Positions 40,712 through 50,077 of a stretch of 64,000 nt of DNA are shown here, piece by piece (the stretch's first letter is position 1; each line of letters starts with the position of its first letter). Where the stretch lies: positions 2,531 through 66,530 of the IMG/VR virus record IMGVR_UViG_2599185261_000001. The stretch is one strand, 5' to 3'. Source of the stretch: a virus. A program made the position numbers and the translations under genes. The notes below the pieces were generated by a model. The model made no database searches. It was not told where the DNA came from and saw nothing but the letters and a program-made list of their open reading frames with translations.

Positions 40712-41572
40712 TCAGTTTCTCAAAGACTCCAACGCATACCGCCAATTAGAATGAGACAACCAAGTCGGATGCGGATTGATATCTCGAGTTTCACGCTCTA
40801 AGGTTACTTTGGCTTTATTAATTACTCGCCTGTATTCCATTGACATTGAGTAAAAACTAGCGGCATAGCCTGATTTTAAAGACCTCAATGGCGCTTCAAC
40901 TTCTTCAATGCTACTTCGCATACGTTCAGCTGCTTTCCATAACCAAGCAAGATTGCATAACTCATCATCTGTTAAAGAAATGGTATGCATTAATTCCTGT
41001 TCGCCATTTTTAACTGGTGCGTCTAAAACCTCTCCAGTTAAAACAAGTTTATGTACGTACTCTACTGCTGTGGTTATTTCAGATGGCTCTAGTTCATCAA
41101 TATGTTTAACATTGAATCTCTGATGAACGTAAGAATATGCCTCTGGGTAAAGAATGTGTTTTTTACTTACTAAAAGGTTGATTGCGTCTCTTAGTGGTGT
41201 GCGGTCATCAGCTGTTGATTTTGATGTCTTGGTATTTTCTGCTGTATATGAACCTGTTTTTCGGATTGCAGGTAACACTTCGTTTGTTACCCACTTTCTG
41301 AATAATTGAGCTTCTTTTTTTCGTGATTTGAATAATGCGTGATATAGGCCTGATTCATTGATGATAAGCATATCTTGGTCTCCGGAGGGGGTACGCATAT
41401 TGTGCGTATCCCTCTCATCACTATCTAATACACGCGTTAAATCACTCGCATTCCTATATTCAAGCACTTTTGCTACATCGGACGCAACGAACCAGACAAC
41501 AGAGTCTTTAAAAACTGTTCTAACTTCGTGTGAATTAAAATTGAATACTGCAGGTGTGGCTTGATTAGTCAT
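40712..41572 (-). CDS. BRO-N antirepressor with P22_AR_C-like C-terminus
   Basis: WFVASDV..VLEY.N, IINESGLY....SRK.EA..FRKWVT.EVLPAIRKTGSY; EL.NLAWLW. Confidence 0.9.
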   Translation of the reverse strand: MTNQATPAVFNFNSHEVRTVFKDSVVWFVASDVAKVLEYRNASDLTRVLDSDERDTHNMRTPSGDQDMLIINESGLYHALFKSRKKEAQLFRKWVTNEVLPAIRKTGSYTAENTKTSKSTADDRTPLRDAINLLVSKKHILYPEAYSYVHQRFNVKHIDELEPSEITTAVEYVHKLVLTGEVLDAPVKNGEQELMHTISLTDDELCNLAWLWKAAERMRSSIEEVEAPLRSLKSGYAASFYSMSMEYRRVINKAKVTLERETRDINPHPTWLSHSNWRYALESLRN

Positions 41573-41584
41573 ATTGACCTCGTT

Positions 41585-41800
41585 TTTTCTTCTGAAGGAA
41601 ATTTACTACCTTAAATGGTAGTGCCAGGAGGTTCAGAACAGTAAACGTACTGCGGACTTATTTCTCTTTCGAGTATTGTATTAGTCGCCCTCCCGACATA
41701 GATCGAGAAAGTGATTGCTTTTGCTAGGATACAAAAACAAAAAATCCAACACTGACGGGGTTGGTTAATTAATCCGCGTTTAGGGTTCTGACGCCTACAA
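41585..41800 (-). ncRNA. C4/CI-like antisense RNA leader upstream of the antirepressor
   Basis: Minus-strand stem ATGTCGGGAGG/CCTCCTGGCAC with G-U pairs; internal GTTCTGA complementary to TCAGAAC upstream (~41785-41791) and TCAGAA near the RBS (~41590-41595). Confidence 0.5.
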
Positions 41801-42022
41801 CAAATATACTAACATCTCGGAATGATGTCAACAAAAAAGCCCCAAAGGAGCTTTAAATGCGAACATGTTAATATTAAACATAATCAGAAATTGTATAACG
41901 ACTCAAGCTTGAAAGAGATTTTAATTTACATACATTTAATCACTAAAACAAGGGCTACAATTGATATTTCATATTAAGTGAAATTAGATTGCAAATCTTC
42001 TACACCAGCCGTAATAAAGCCC

Positions 42023-42517
42023 TTATTTGATTTTAGGCGTTATTCTTTTTTCAATACTTTTGAGTGTTTTTTCAGCAAGATTTATTGATTTTTTATCTCC
42101 TATCTTTATAGCGGATTTTAACATCAACTTAACCTCTGTAACTTTAACATTAGAGTAACTTGAAAAATAGCCAACTGTTCTCTTTTTCTTATGAACACCT
42201 GACCAATATCTAGCCATCTCATTGAGCATTGCATCATTTAAATGGATAATTTCCGTAACCATCTCAATAACAGTTTCCAGTTCATTATTTTTAAATTTTA
42301 GCTTAATTTTATCTCTTAACAATTTAAATAGCTCTCTATAGTATCCATGTGCTATTGTTGGTTTGCTTGTTAGATGCCTTAATATTATTTCCGCTTTTTC
42401 TAGTTCACCATTTTTTATTAATCGTACCGCCTCGTCATACTCTGCAACACTGCCTTGCCATTTTGAGAGTTCACTAACTACTTCGTCTGTAAGATTATTA
42501 ATATCACCAACGTTCAT
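42023..42517 (-). CDS. Hypothetical helical (TPR-like) moron protein
   Basis: 164-aa ORF with YDEAVRLIKNGELEKAE pattern. Confidence 0.65.
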   Translation of the reverse strand: MNVGDINNLTDEVVSELSKWQGSVAEYDEAVRLIKNGELEKAEIILRHLTSKPTIAHGYYRELFKLLRDKIKLKFKNNELETVIEMVTEIIHLNDAMLNEMARYWSGVHKKKRTVGYFSSYSNVKVTEVKLMLKSAIKIGDKKSINLAEKTLKSIEKRITPKIK

Positions 42518-42627
42518 AAGCCTATTTCCATTAATCTATTCATATTACCACTTTAATTATTTGCATTACAGAAAATTCAGGTACGATCATCACGAATTAA
42601 TTCATAACTTTATTGCTTCATAACGAA

Positions 42628-43100
42628 TTAAGTTTGCATTACTATAAATGCAATTATGGCTGCAATCGCTAATAAGAAAATCCAAACACCATAAGAATTT
42701 ACTTTCTCAAACTCTTGCTCTGCTTTTTCTTGATTAGTTCTATCATTTAGTATTTTTTCCATTTTATGAGGGTCTAAATATTGCTCTGGAGTTAGGTTGT
42801 TTAATATGCAAAATTCTTTTGCTTCTAAAGCCTGCATGATTGCTTGATGTAAGTCATATTTGGATGATTCTTTATCATAAGGTTGATAGAGAGTTTCATT
42901 CAATTTAAAGTAAAATTTGTCCTCATCCCACTCACAAATGGAAAGCCCATTACCAAAATCCTTTAATGCTGCAAAAATCTCTGATTGGGCATTTATATCT
43001 AACGTAACTTTATATAGATCATCTAAAGTAAAAACTCCACTCTCAGGTATAAATTCAACCAGAGCTAAAACTTGCTCTTTTGTAGCTATTCTTAAGCTCA
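42628..43100 (-). CDS. Hypothetical moron protein with C-terminal membrane anchor
   Basis: Ends GVWIFLLAIAAIIAFIVMQT; likely start MSLR near 43101. Confidence 0.65.
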
Positions 43101-43194
43101 TAAAACACCCCAAATATCAGTTAAAAGTTCCTTATGATAACTTACAAAACTAAACATTTAAAGGGGGGTCAAATTGTGTTCCATCTTAACTTAG

Positions 43195-43593
43195 TTAATT
43201 TTCTTGAATATTATCTTTTATGGATTTAACTTTACTAATGAACTTATTGGCTGTTGCAATACTTTGCTTTGCGTCAAGCTCATTAAGCTGAGAATCTAAT
43301 TTGTAATCAGCAATAATTCTTTTATTTCTTTCGTTTTCTAAGGTGTAAAGTAGCCGCTTAAGTTTTTTTTCATCTGCTTCTTTAACGTTTAACCTGCTTA
43401 AATTTATGGCTAACTGCTGATGAACCCCTTTTTTCGGTATCTTTTTAAATGGGCCAAACTCATTAAGAATGCAGTGGTACATTGCGTAATAAGATCTTGA
43501 TACTACATTCCTGTTGTAAATCTCTGAATTATTCAGACCTATTATTGATGTAGCAAAATCCAAAAATGATAAATAATTAATTTGCGCTGACAT
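43195..43593 (-). CDS. HEPN-domain protein (copy 2)
   Basis: VSRSYYAMYH...GVHQQL...RIIADYKL. Confidence 0.8.
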   Translation of the reverse strand: MSAQINYLSFLDFATSIIGLNNSEIYNRNVVSRSYYAMYHCILNEFGPFKKIPKKGVHQQLAINLSRLNVKEADEKKLKRLLYTLENERNKRIIADYKLDSQLNELDAKQSIATANKFISKVKSIKDNIQEN

Positions 43594-44365
43594 TTATCCC
43601 ATACCCTATTTTGCTGTTTACTGAGAAGTAAATTGGGAATTTAACGTCTCCCTCATACAAATCGACTATTTTATCCGCTAGCTCGAAATTAAGATCAACT
43701 ACTGTATCAACATCAGCATCAAGACAGATGAACATTGTAGGAGTTAACTCATTAGGTAAACAAACTCGTGTGATATTGAAACTAGATGTTTCGATTAAGC
43801 TTAGAGCCAACTTTATATTACGCAAAATATTATCTGGGTTTTCTTTGGTTGCCTTTATAGCTTTCTGAATAGCTGTCGTATATTTTCTTTGCATTTTAAC
43901 ATCCACCTTTGCATCATCAAGAATCTCTTTTTCTTCAGTAAATCTGACTTTATTAATCACAGCAAAAGCACTTGTTATTATTTTTAGGTCACAAAATAAA
44001 TACCCTATGAAAATTACATTTGTCAAAACCCCGTTATCTAAATGAAAGTCAACTTGTTCTAATTCCTTTATCAAATTATATGAGCTAATATATTGATTTT
44101 TCATATTAAGTGCAAAAAGATAATTATTGGCAACAAGACCTGAAATATGTGCTCCTCCTGAAAAAATGGACATTGCTTCGTCTAAATTTCCTAAATAGGC
44201 ACTCAACAAGCCCTCACAGGAAATTCTGATTTCTATATCATCACATAAAAGGATATCTCTTTTTATCATAGCTAATTGGAATTCAGTAAGTACTGATTTA
44301 TTTTTCAATGCATCAGCCAGAAGCACTACATGCTCAAAAGCTTTGGGTTTGGGTATCATGCTCAT
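43577..44365 (-). CDS. Hypothetical helical protein coupled to HEPN copy 2
   Basis: GGAG RBS before MSMIPKPK; overlaps the HEPN gene; C-terminal DLNFELA matches DMNLELS in 39562-40341. Confidence 0.75.
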   Translation of the reverse strand: MSMIPKPKAFEHVVLLADALKNKSVLTEFQLAMIKRDILLCDDIEIRISCEGLLSAYLGNLDEAMSIFSGGAHISGLVANNYLFALNMKNQYISSYNLIKELEQVDFHLDNGVLTNVIFIGYLFCDLKIITSAFAVINKVRFTEEKEILDDAKVDVKMQRKYTTAIQKAIKATKENPDNILRNIKLALSLIETSSFNITRVCLPNELTPTMFICLDADVDTVVDLNFELADKIVDLYEGDVKFPIYFSVNSKIGYGINVSAN

Positions 44366-44845
44366 CAGTATCACTCCAATAAATTTATTCAAATTGTTGC
44401 AATACTAACTTATACAGCTCCATATTTAAAGGAGGATTTAGACTGGTTAACTTTTGTACTTTGATAATCCAAATTTGGAGAACCAAAGTGTGAAACGTAG
44501 ACATCCATTTGGGTATTACGGTAAAATCAAAGTGGTAGCACATCAAATTGACGTTAAGGAATAATATCAATTACATAACAAGGCTAACGCCTAAATGGTG
44601 TTAAGGAACAAAATCAATAAATCAGATGATGTGCTTTTGTTGAGGTCGTCGAATCAACGACCCGAGTAATTCCATTGGTAGTCGAATCAACTACCAATGA
44701 CCACAACAACTAAATTAACCCGCAACTTTTCGCAGGTTATTCCTTGTTATTACATAAACCAAAACTGATATTTATAATAAAATCAATATACTAGATTGCT
44801 AAATTCTAGTATTTACTTTAAATTCAGTTAACTAGATTATATAGC

Positions 44846-45421
44846 TTATTTCTTTTCACCAATAAGCGCAAATTCGAACTGCAATTGATAGCGTTTCGTC
44901 CAAGCCTCAACCCTTTCTTTGATTTCTTTCTTAGCTCTTTTACGTACATTCATAAATACAGCGCCTTTACTTGCGTTCTCAAAAGTCTCTTTGTCGTACC
45001 GAGCTATTTCTTGGGCTTCCACTTCAGCAGGACTAAATGACCTAGGTTTGACCTGACCAGTAGTCCAGTATTCATAGAGAACATCATCGCACTGTTCTTG
45101 GTACTGAATAACTTTATCGCGTATTTCAGGTTTAACTTTGCTTGGGCTGATGGTTGCCAACCAACCAGCTAATTTGCGGAGGGCAAGGCAGGTCATCATC
45201 TGATCACCTCCTTTTGAAGGTATAACGATTTCCGTTACACCTTTTGTAAAGCGCCGCTTTAACTTCTCATTTTGAGATTGCCAAGTTAAGCCCATACCTT
45301 CAACAACAGGTTTCATGGGAACAAATGGTTCACCATTATGTTCAACAACAAATAAATCAGCACCGTGAAATGGAACTCTGATAGTCGAATTGGTATTAAC
45401 TGTGCTTAATTGATTTTGCAT
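44846..45421 (-). CDS. P22 Ant N-terminal-domain antirepressor
   Basis: VPFHG..L....NGEPFVPMKPVVEGMGL.W..Q..KL, L.GWL..I.P.KVKPEIR.KVIQYQ..CDDVLYEYWT; TAAGGAG RBS. Confidence 0.9.
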   Translation of the reverse strand: MQNQLSTVNTNSTIRVPFHGADLFVVEHNGEPFVPMKPVVEGMGLTWQSQNEKLKRRFTKGVTEIVIPSKGGDQMMTCLALRKLAGWLATISPSKVKPEIRDKVIQYQEQCDDVLYEYWTTGQVKPRSFSPAEVEAQEIARYDKETFENASKGAVFMNVRKRAKKEIKERVEAWTKRYQLQFEFALIGEKK

Positions 45422-45573
45422 AATAATTCTCCTTATGGAATGAGCCAAAGCGCACGGATATGTAGCCCACAGAGTTAGAATTAACTACTTACCCCATTGG
45501 CTCATTCCGTAAAGCCCTGTGATTATGTCGCGCCGTGCGTGGCGCATAAAAAAGCCCCGAGGATTAGTCGAGG

Positions 45574-46193
45574 CTATTTGTTTGATTTATGGATTTCAGC
45601 GAGTGCCGTATATTCCATAATTTGAAGATCACTAAAAATTTGCGGTCGCTCTTTCTTTTTGATACCAAGTAGATCAAAAATCGCTGGCAAAGCGTTATAG
45701 TCCAAGCCTGTTGCGCCACCGAATGAATAGCGCCATTGAGAACCCATTCTTTGAAATACTGATACACTCAATTCATTTTCAGGATAGATATCGACACTGA
45801 AATCATCCTCAGTGAAGCCTAAAAATTCAAGACCTGACTTATCAACTTGTTGGTATAAAGCCTTAGCGACCTCGACTAGTTTTTTTCGCGTGAACCAGTC
45901 ATTTCTTCTGAATATGCGCTGATAATTGCATGAGCAGAGCGAGGGTAATTATCAAGGAGTATTTTAAAGTTATCTTCATTAAACTTATCTTCTAAGTCCC
46001 AATCAGATACAAAGCGAGAAAGGTATTCTGCGTCATGAACATCCTGATCATCTTCAATTTGCATTAATTCAATTAGTTTTTCTCTTGGGTGATGTTTAAA
46101 AGTAAATTCAATATCAGCGTTGCCTTTCCCTGGTACTGGTATTTTTACTTTTAGTTTGAATGTTGGATTTGGATTTAGTGTTATTTTAGCCAT
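45574..46193 (-). CDS. Tail assembly chaperone pair (G / GT) joined by a programmed -1 frameshift
   Basis: 45876-46193 ends ...CGC GAA AAA AAC TAG; the -1 frame is open (KLVEVAKALY...YPENELSVSVFQRMGSQWR...TGLDY) to 45574. Confidence 0.85.
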
Positions 46194-46276
46194 TTTGCAC
46201 CTTTAACTTTGTTGATTATTTGCGCACCCTAAAATGGAGAGCGCAAAATTTAGACTTTTGTTTTTATAAACTTTAT

Positions 46277-46936
46277 CTATTCGCTGTATTTATGGAACGT
46301 TAAGCGAGATGATTCAACGTTGATACCTGCTGAAATCGTTTCTGCTTCGTTCTGTTTTGATGTTGGAGTGTCATCAAAAGAGATTGTTCCAGCGAAGTAT
46401 CTATTTTCGCTTGCTTTCGGCACGTACATCTTAATTGCATGAATGGCTTGTGATTCATCAGCCTTACGCATTAATGGATAGAATGGCAAAGTAGAATCAT
46501 GAACAATCGTCAGTTTTACTGCCTTTGGAGACTTATAGGTGTTAATTTGGCGCGCTTTATCGTCAGATAGAAATTGAACCTCAGTGGTTTGCTGTTCCCC
46601 ACCTGAAAAATCAATATCTTTAATCTGTGAGATTTCAGTCCAGCCCTCAATTTTCTGAATAGAGCCTATACCACCACCTTCATTGAAACGGTTGGTGTTA
46701 GATGTATCTACACCCTTAAGTGTAATTTGGTCTCCTGTAACTTCAATTTCAGTTACTAACTGATTGATACCAGACCAGCCTGATTTTATGAGAACCACAT
46801 CACCAGTTTTTAACGTATGAGTATCTTCAAGTGTTACAATTGCATTTTCAGCATTTGAAATCTCTGAAAACGCTAAGGCAGTCGCTAACAATGTACTAGC
46901 GGATAGTGTTGCGCCATTTGGTAATGAAATAGCCAT
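46277..46936 (-). CDS. Major tail (tube) protein
   Basis: SLPNGAT, I.SGW..IN, W.EI.QI.....GGEQQ. Confidence 0.88.
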   Translation of the reverse strand: MAISLPNGATLSASTLLATALAFSEISNAENAIVTLEDTHTLKTGDVVLIKSGWSGINQLVTEIEVTGDQITLKGVDTSNTNRFNEGGGIGSIQKIEGWTEISQIKDIDFSGGEQQTTEVQFLSDDKARQINTYKSPKAVKLTIVHDSTLPFYPLMRKADESQAIHAIKMYVPKASENRYFAGTISFDDTPTSKQNEAETISAGINVESSRLTFHKYSE

Positions 46937-47001
46937 AATAATTTCCTCGTTTAGAAATAAAAAACCGCCTCAAGGGCGGCTATTAATGTTTAAATAATCG
47001 T

Positions 47002-47403
47002 TTAGGTATCAGCTCGATAATTAAAGCTAATTGATTGTGTGAAAATGAAATTCTGTGTTATTGGTGGAAGCGTATAAGGAACACTGATGACATGAACTTT
47101 AGTGCCATTTTTTTCTAACGTGCTATTAAAATCAAACAATTGAATTAACTCATTTGCGATCTCAAGCACTTTGGATTCTCCAGTACCTGCCTGAGTGTTA
47201 ATGTTAATCTGACACACACCTTTGTAAGTTCTCATGCCACCGGCAACATCTATAGAAGTGGTTGTAGCCGGCATGATATGTAATTCAAGATGTGTTTCTG
47301 ATTTACTATCAAATGATAAATTTGGATAAGCAATCTGTAGCCCTTTTGTATCAGCATAGTGAGCTAATTTAGAACGAATCAGGTTATTGATTTCTTTTTG
47401 CAT
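47002..47403 (-). CDS. Tail terminator-like protein
   Basis: IAYPN..F, GVCQINI...G.G; synteny. Confidence 0.75.
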   Translation of the reverse strand: MQKEINNLIRSKLAHYADTKGLQIAYPNLSFDSKSETHLELHIMPATTTSIDVAGGMRTYKGVCQININTQAGTGESKVLEIANELIQLFDFNSTLEKNGTKVHVISVPYTLPPITQNFIFTQSISFNYRADT

Positions 47404-47816
47404 TATCTATTCAGCTCCCTTGCTATCTCATCAATCCAGTCTTGAATCTCAATTGCAGTAATTCGCACCATGCCTCTTGGAGCTTGTTTAGAATGGCCGT
47501 CCTCCAATTCAATTGCATAAGGCAAACTGTTTTGAATATAAATAGCCTCAACACCTGAATTAAAAGCATCTAAAGCGGCCTGCCCAGTGCTAATTACAAT
47601 GGCTCCTGTTTTGTCTAGATTTTCAAATTGGGTCATATCTTCTTTATTGAAAGATACGTGCCAATTTCCTCGAAAGCGTCCAGTATCAACGGGAGATTTC
47701 ATAACTAATGAGCTTAAGACTCTTAAACCTAACATTTTAACGAAATCGTCAAGCCTATCCGAATAACTTTGAAGTAAAGATGATAAATCAATATCCCAAC
47801 CAGATTGATTAGACAT
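47403..47816 (-). CDS. HK97 gp10-like tail completion protein
   Basis: SPVDTGRFRGNW, N.LPYA..LE.GHSKQAP.GMV. Confidence 0.85.
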   Translation of the reverse strand: MSNQSGWDIDLSSLLQSYSDRLDDFVKMLGLRVLSSLVMKSPVDTGRFRGNWHVSFNKEDMTQFENLDKTGAIVISTGQAALDAFNSGVEAIYIQNSLPYAIELEDGHSKQAPRGMVRITAIEIQDWIDEIARELNR

Positions 47817-48179
47817 TTAACACCTCAATTGCAACTCATAATAGATAACAATATCAGCAGGCTGAAATGGATTAGGAGATACAACGCGCCATTTTTTACC
47901 ATCCATAATGACAAAATCACCTACTCGTATTTCATTATCTGCAGTACACATCAGTTTTACATCGCCTACTTGTATAAGTGAACTTGTTAACTCCGATGGG
48001 TATTGAGTTTGTCTTGGGCCATATGAGAATCGTACACCTTTAACTTCAAATGTTTCGTCTTCTTTGGGTTGCTCGATTCCATTAACAATTTCAACACCAC
48101 CGCCGCGCACTACTTGATAAGTAATTCCATTTTTACTTATCATTCTCATGGCTGTTTGCTTTGCCTTTGAATAATCCAT
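47817..48179 (-). CDS. Head-closure / head-tail joining protein
   Basis: LIQ.GD.KL, DG.KWRVV and Y.LQLR motifs; synteny; start at MDYSK. Confidence 0.7.
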   Translation of the reverse strand: MDYSKAKQTAMRMISKNGITYQVVRGGGVEIVNGIEQPKEDETFEVKGVRFSYGPRQTQYPSELTSSLIQVGDVKLMCTADNEIRVGDFVIMDGKKWRVVSPNPFQPADIVIYYELQLRC

Positions 48180-48180
48180 A

Positions 48181-48642
48181 CTACCCCCTTGTAATTGCTG
48201 CTGATCCAAAGCTAACTTTGGTTGTGAAAGGTTTAAGTAATTCATCAACCACAGGAAACTTCTTTTTGAAACCGTCAGAGTTGACTGCGAACGTTGTTGA
48301 CATAGAGCCGAGTGATTCGCTGACAACCTGAGGCTCATGCTGTGACGGCATTAAATCCCCTTTATCAGCTTCAATAGCTAGAATTAACTGAGCGGTGATG
48401 ATTTGCCTCGGTATTGAGTTAATATCAACAGCGTCAATTCCAATCCTTGGAAATGACAGCGGTTGACTTGCTTCCATGCGTGAGCCTGAGTATTCCTTTG
48501 ATTCGAGATAATCCATTGCTCTTATCAAAAGATGTTCAAGCTTTCCATTTAATGTGATACCGCGCGCCTCAGCGTAAAAATTCAGCTCATCAACAGTAGC
48601 GTAGGAATTGAAACCTAGTGAATCGATATCATTATCAATCAT
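48181..48642 (-). CDS. Head-tail adaptor (DnaT-like-annotated family)
   Basis: NSYATV, L.RAMDYLE, Q.L.FPR, IP..I..AQ. Confidence 0.75.
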   Translation of the reverse strand: MIDNDIDSLGFNSYATVDELNFYAEARGITLNGKLEHLLIRAMDYLESKEYSGSRMEASQPLSFPRIGIDAVDINSIPRQIITAQLILAIEADKGDLMPSQHEPQVVSESLGSMSTTFAVNSDGFKKKFPVVDELLKPFTTKVSFGSAAITRG

Positions 48643-48650
48643 GTTAGCTC

Positions 48651-49025
48651 CTACTCGCTTGCGCCCTGCTTTTCAACCTGTTGTGTTTCTTCAAGCAGTT
48701 TAGATAATTCAGCTTTACTAGCATTTGCATTAAACTCAATGCCTTTTTCAGCTAAAAGTGCCTTGATTTGCTTTGATGTTAACTCGGTTTGCTTATCTGG
48801 TTTATCATCATCACTTGATTCTAAGCCACTAAAATCAATATCAGCCACATCATATTTATCCAAATAGGCTTTTGGCGCATCACCACAAACCGCATCAGCT
48901 TTTTCGATTAAGTCACCGTCTTGATAAGCAGTGCTATCACGGATAGTTAAAGCGTTACGTCTAGCAAAGTCGATTTGTAATGCTGTGGCGACACCAGTAA
49001 TAAACCAAAGTGTTTTTTTGTTCAT
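48651..49025 (-). CDS. Small head-associated protein with HeH/LEM-like C-terminus
   Basis: LT.KQIKA.L.EKGIEF.ANASKAEL..LL; follows the capsid gene. Confidence 0.65.
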   Translation of the reverse strand: MNKKTLWFITGVATALQIDFARRNALTIRDSTAYQDGDLIEKADAVCGDAPKAYLDKYDVADIDFSGLESSDDDKPDKQTELTSKQIKALLAEKGIEFNANASKAELSKLLEETQQVEKQGASE

Positions 49026-49106
49026 AGTTAAAACCTTTAAATGATAAAGGGGCTTTCGCCCCTTATTTGTTGATGTTATGAAACTTTGTGATGGCAAAAG
49101 CTTTGA

Positions 49107-50066
49107 TTAGCCTTTGCTGATGTAGAGAACACCTGCCGTATCTTTGTGACTAGAAGCAGAGCGCTCCCAATTAGCAGATGTACCGATTGAGGTATCTGTT
49201 GGTGAAACACCGCCGTTCTCTTTCAACCACTTATAGCCTTGAACGCTAAGGTTGTAAGACCACTCAGACTGGTACTTGCTTGTGATATTTTCTTTACCAG
49301 TTGTACGCTCTAAAACTGCATCAAAATCATCATTGCTTGCGACACGAACAGCCGCATCAGTTAAGCCAAGCGATCGGAATTTACGAGTATCGCCAGTACC
49401 TTGAACGAGTGCCTCTGAGTCAGTAACTACTATCAAGCGGCCGAATGGGTCACGTTGAATGTTTACACCTTCGTAAGAGAACAAGCGTTCATTATTTGTA
49501 AGGGCATTTTGATAAAGTTGGCTTGCTGCACCTGAGTGCATAATCCACGCTTTAATTGCACTTGAGCGGTCACCAAATTTAAAGCCTGCATCAGTTAAAC
49601 CTGCAAATGATGCATTGTTTGCGCCGCCGTCGTGAGTTACATCTGCATTGCCTGAAATTGCTGCAACTGCTGCTCGAACACCACTATTTACCATATCAAG
49701 TGTTCTGGCGCGTGCTAATTGCTCACCGATGGTATAAGCCGCTAACTGTGGATTTTGACGAACCCAGTTGTACTGCGCGTTATCCCATAATAGCGTAGGT
49801 GTACCCGCTGCGACTTTAACAGCGATATCTACAAGCTGTTGTAAGCGAGTAGAGTTGATATCAGCATCGGAGTTCACATCACGTCTACGAACAAGACCGT
49901 TGACAAGCTTGAAACTTGCGCGGACTGCTTCGTCACCTGTAATAGGCTTGTTCTCGATGATAATGGTACCGGCAGATGCTTCATTAAAAGCGTTGATATT
50001 TTGCGATGCTAATTCAGTAATCGCAGTGTAAGTTTGTTGATTAAATTTAGCTAAATCGAAAGGCAT
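49107..50066 (-). CDS. Major capsid protein
   Basis: 319 aa after the scaffold gene; FNEASAG.I, KFGD, WIMHS, G..W...G.SPT and KDTAGV motifs. Confidence 0.88.
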   Translation of the reverse strand: MPFDLAKFNQQTYTAITELASQNINAFNEASAGTIIIENKPITGDEAVRASFKLVNGLVRRRDVNSDADINSTRLQQLVDIAVKVAAGTPTLLWDNAQYNWVRQNPQLAAYTIGEQLARARTLDMVNSGVRAAVAAISGNADVTHDGGANNASFAGLTDAGFKFGDRSSAIKAWIMHSGAASQLYQNALTNNERLFSYEGVNIQRDPFGRLIVVTDSEALVQGTGDTRKFRSLGLTDAAVRVASNDDFDAVLERTTGKENITSKYQSEWSYNLSVQGYKWLKENGGVSPTDTSIGTSANWERSASSHKDTAGVLYISKG

Positions 50067-50077
50067 AATTTATTTCC

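Noticed and set aside
39562..44365. Labelling the HEPN partners as MNT antitoxins
   Set aside because: No GS...DxD nucleotidyltransferase motif is visible and the proteins are much longer than typical MNTs; a degenerate fold needs a structure search.
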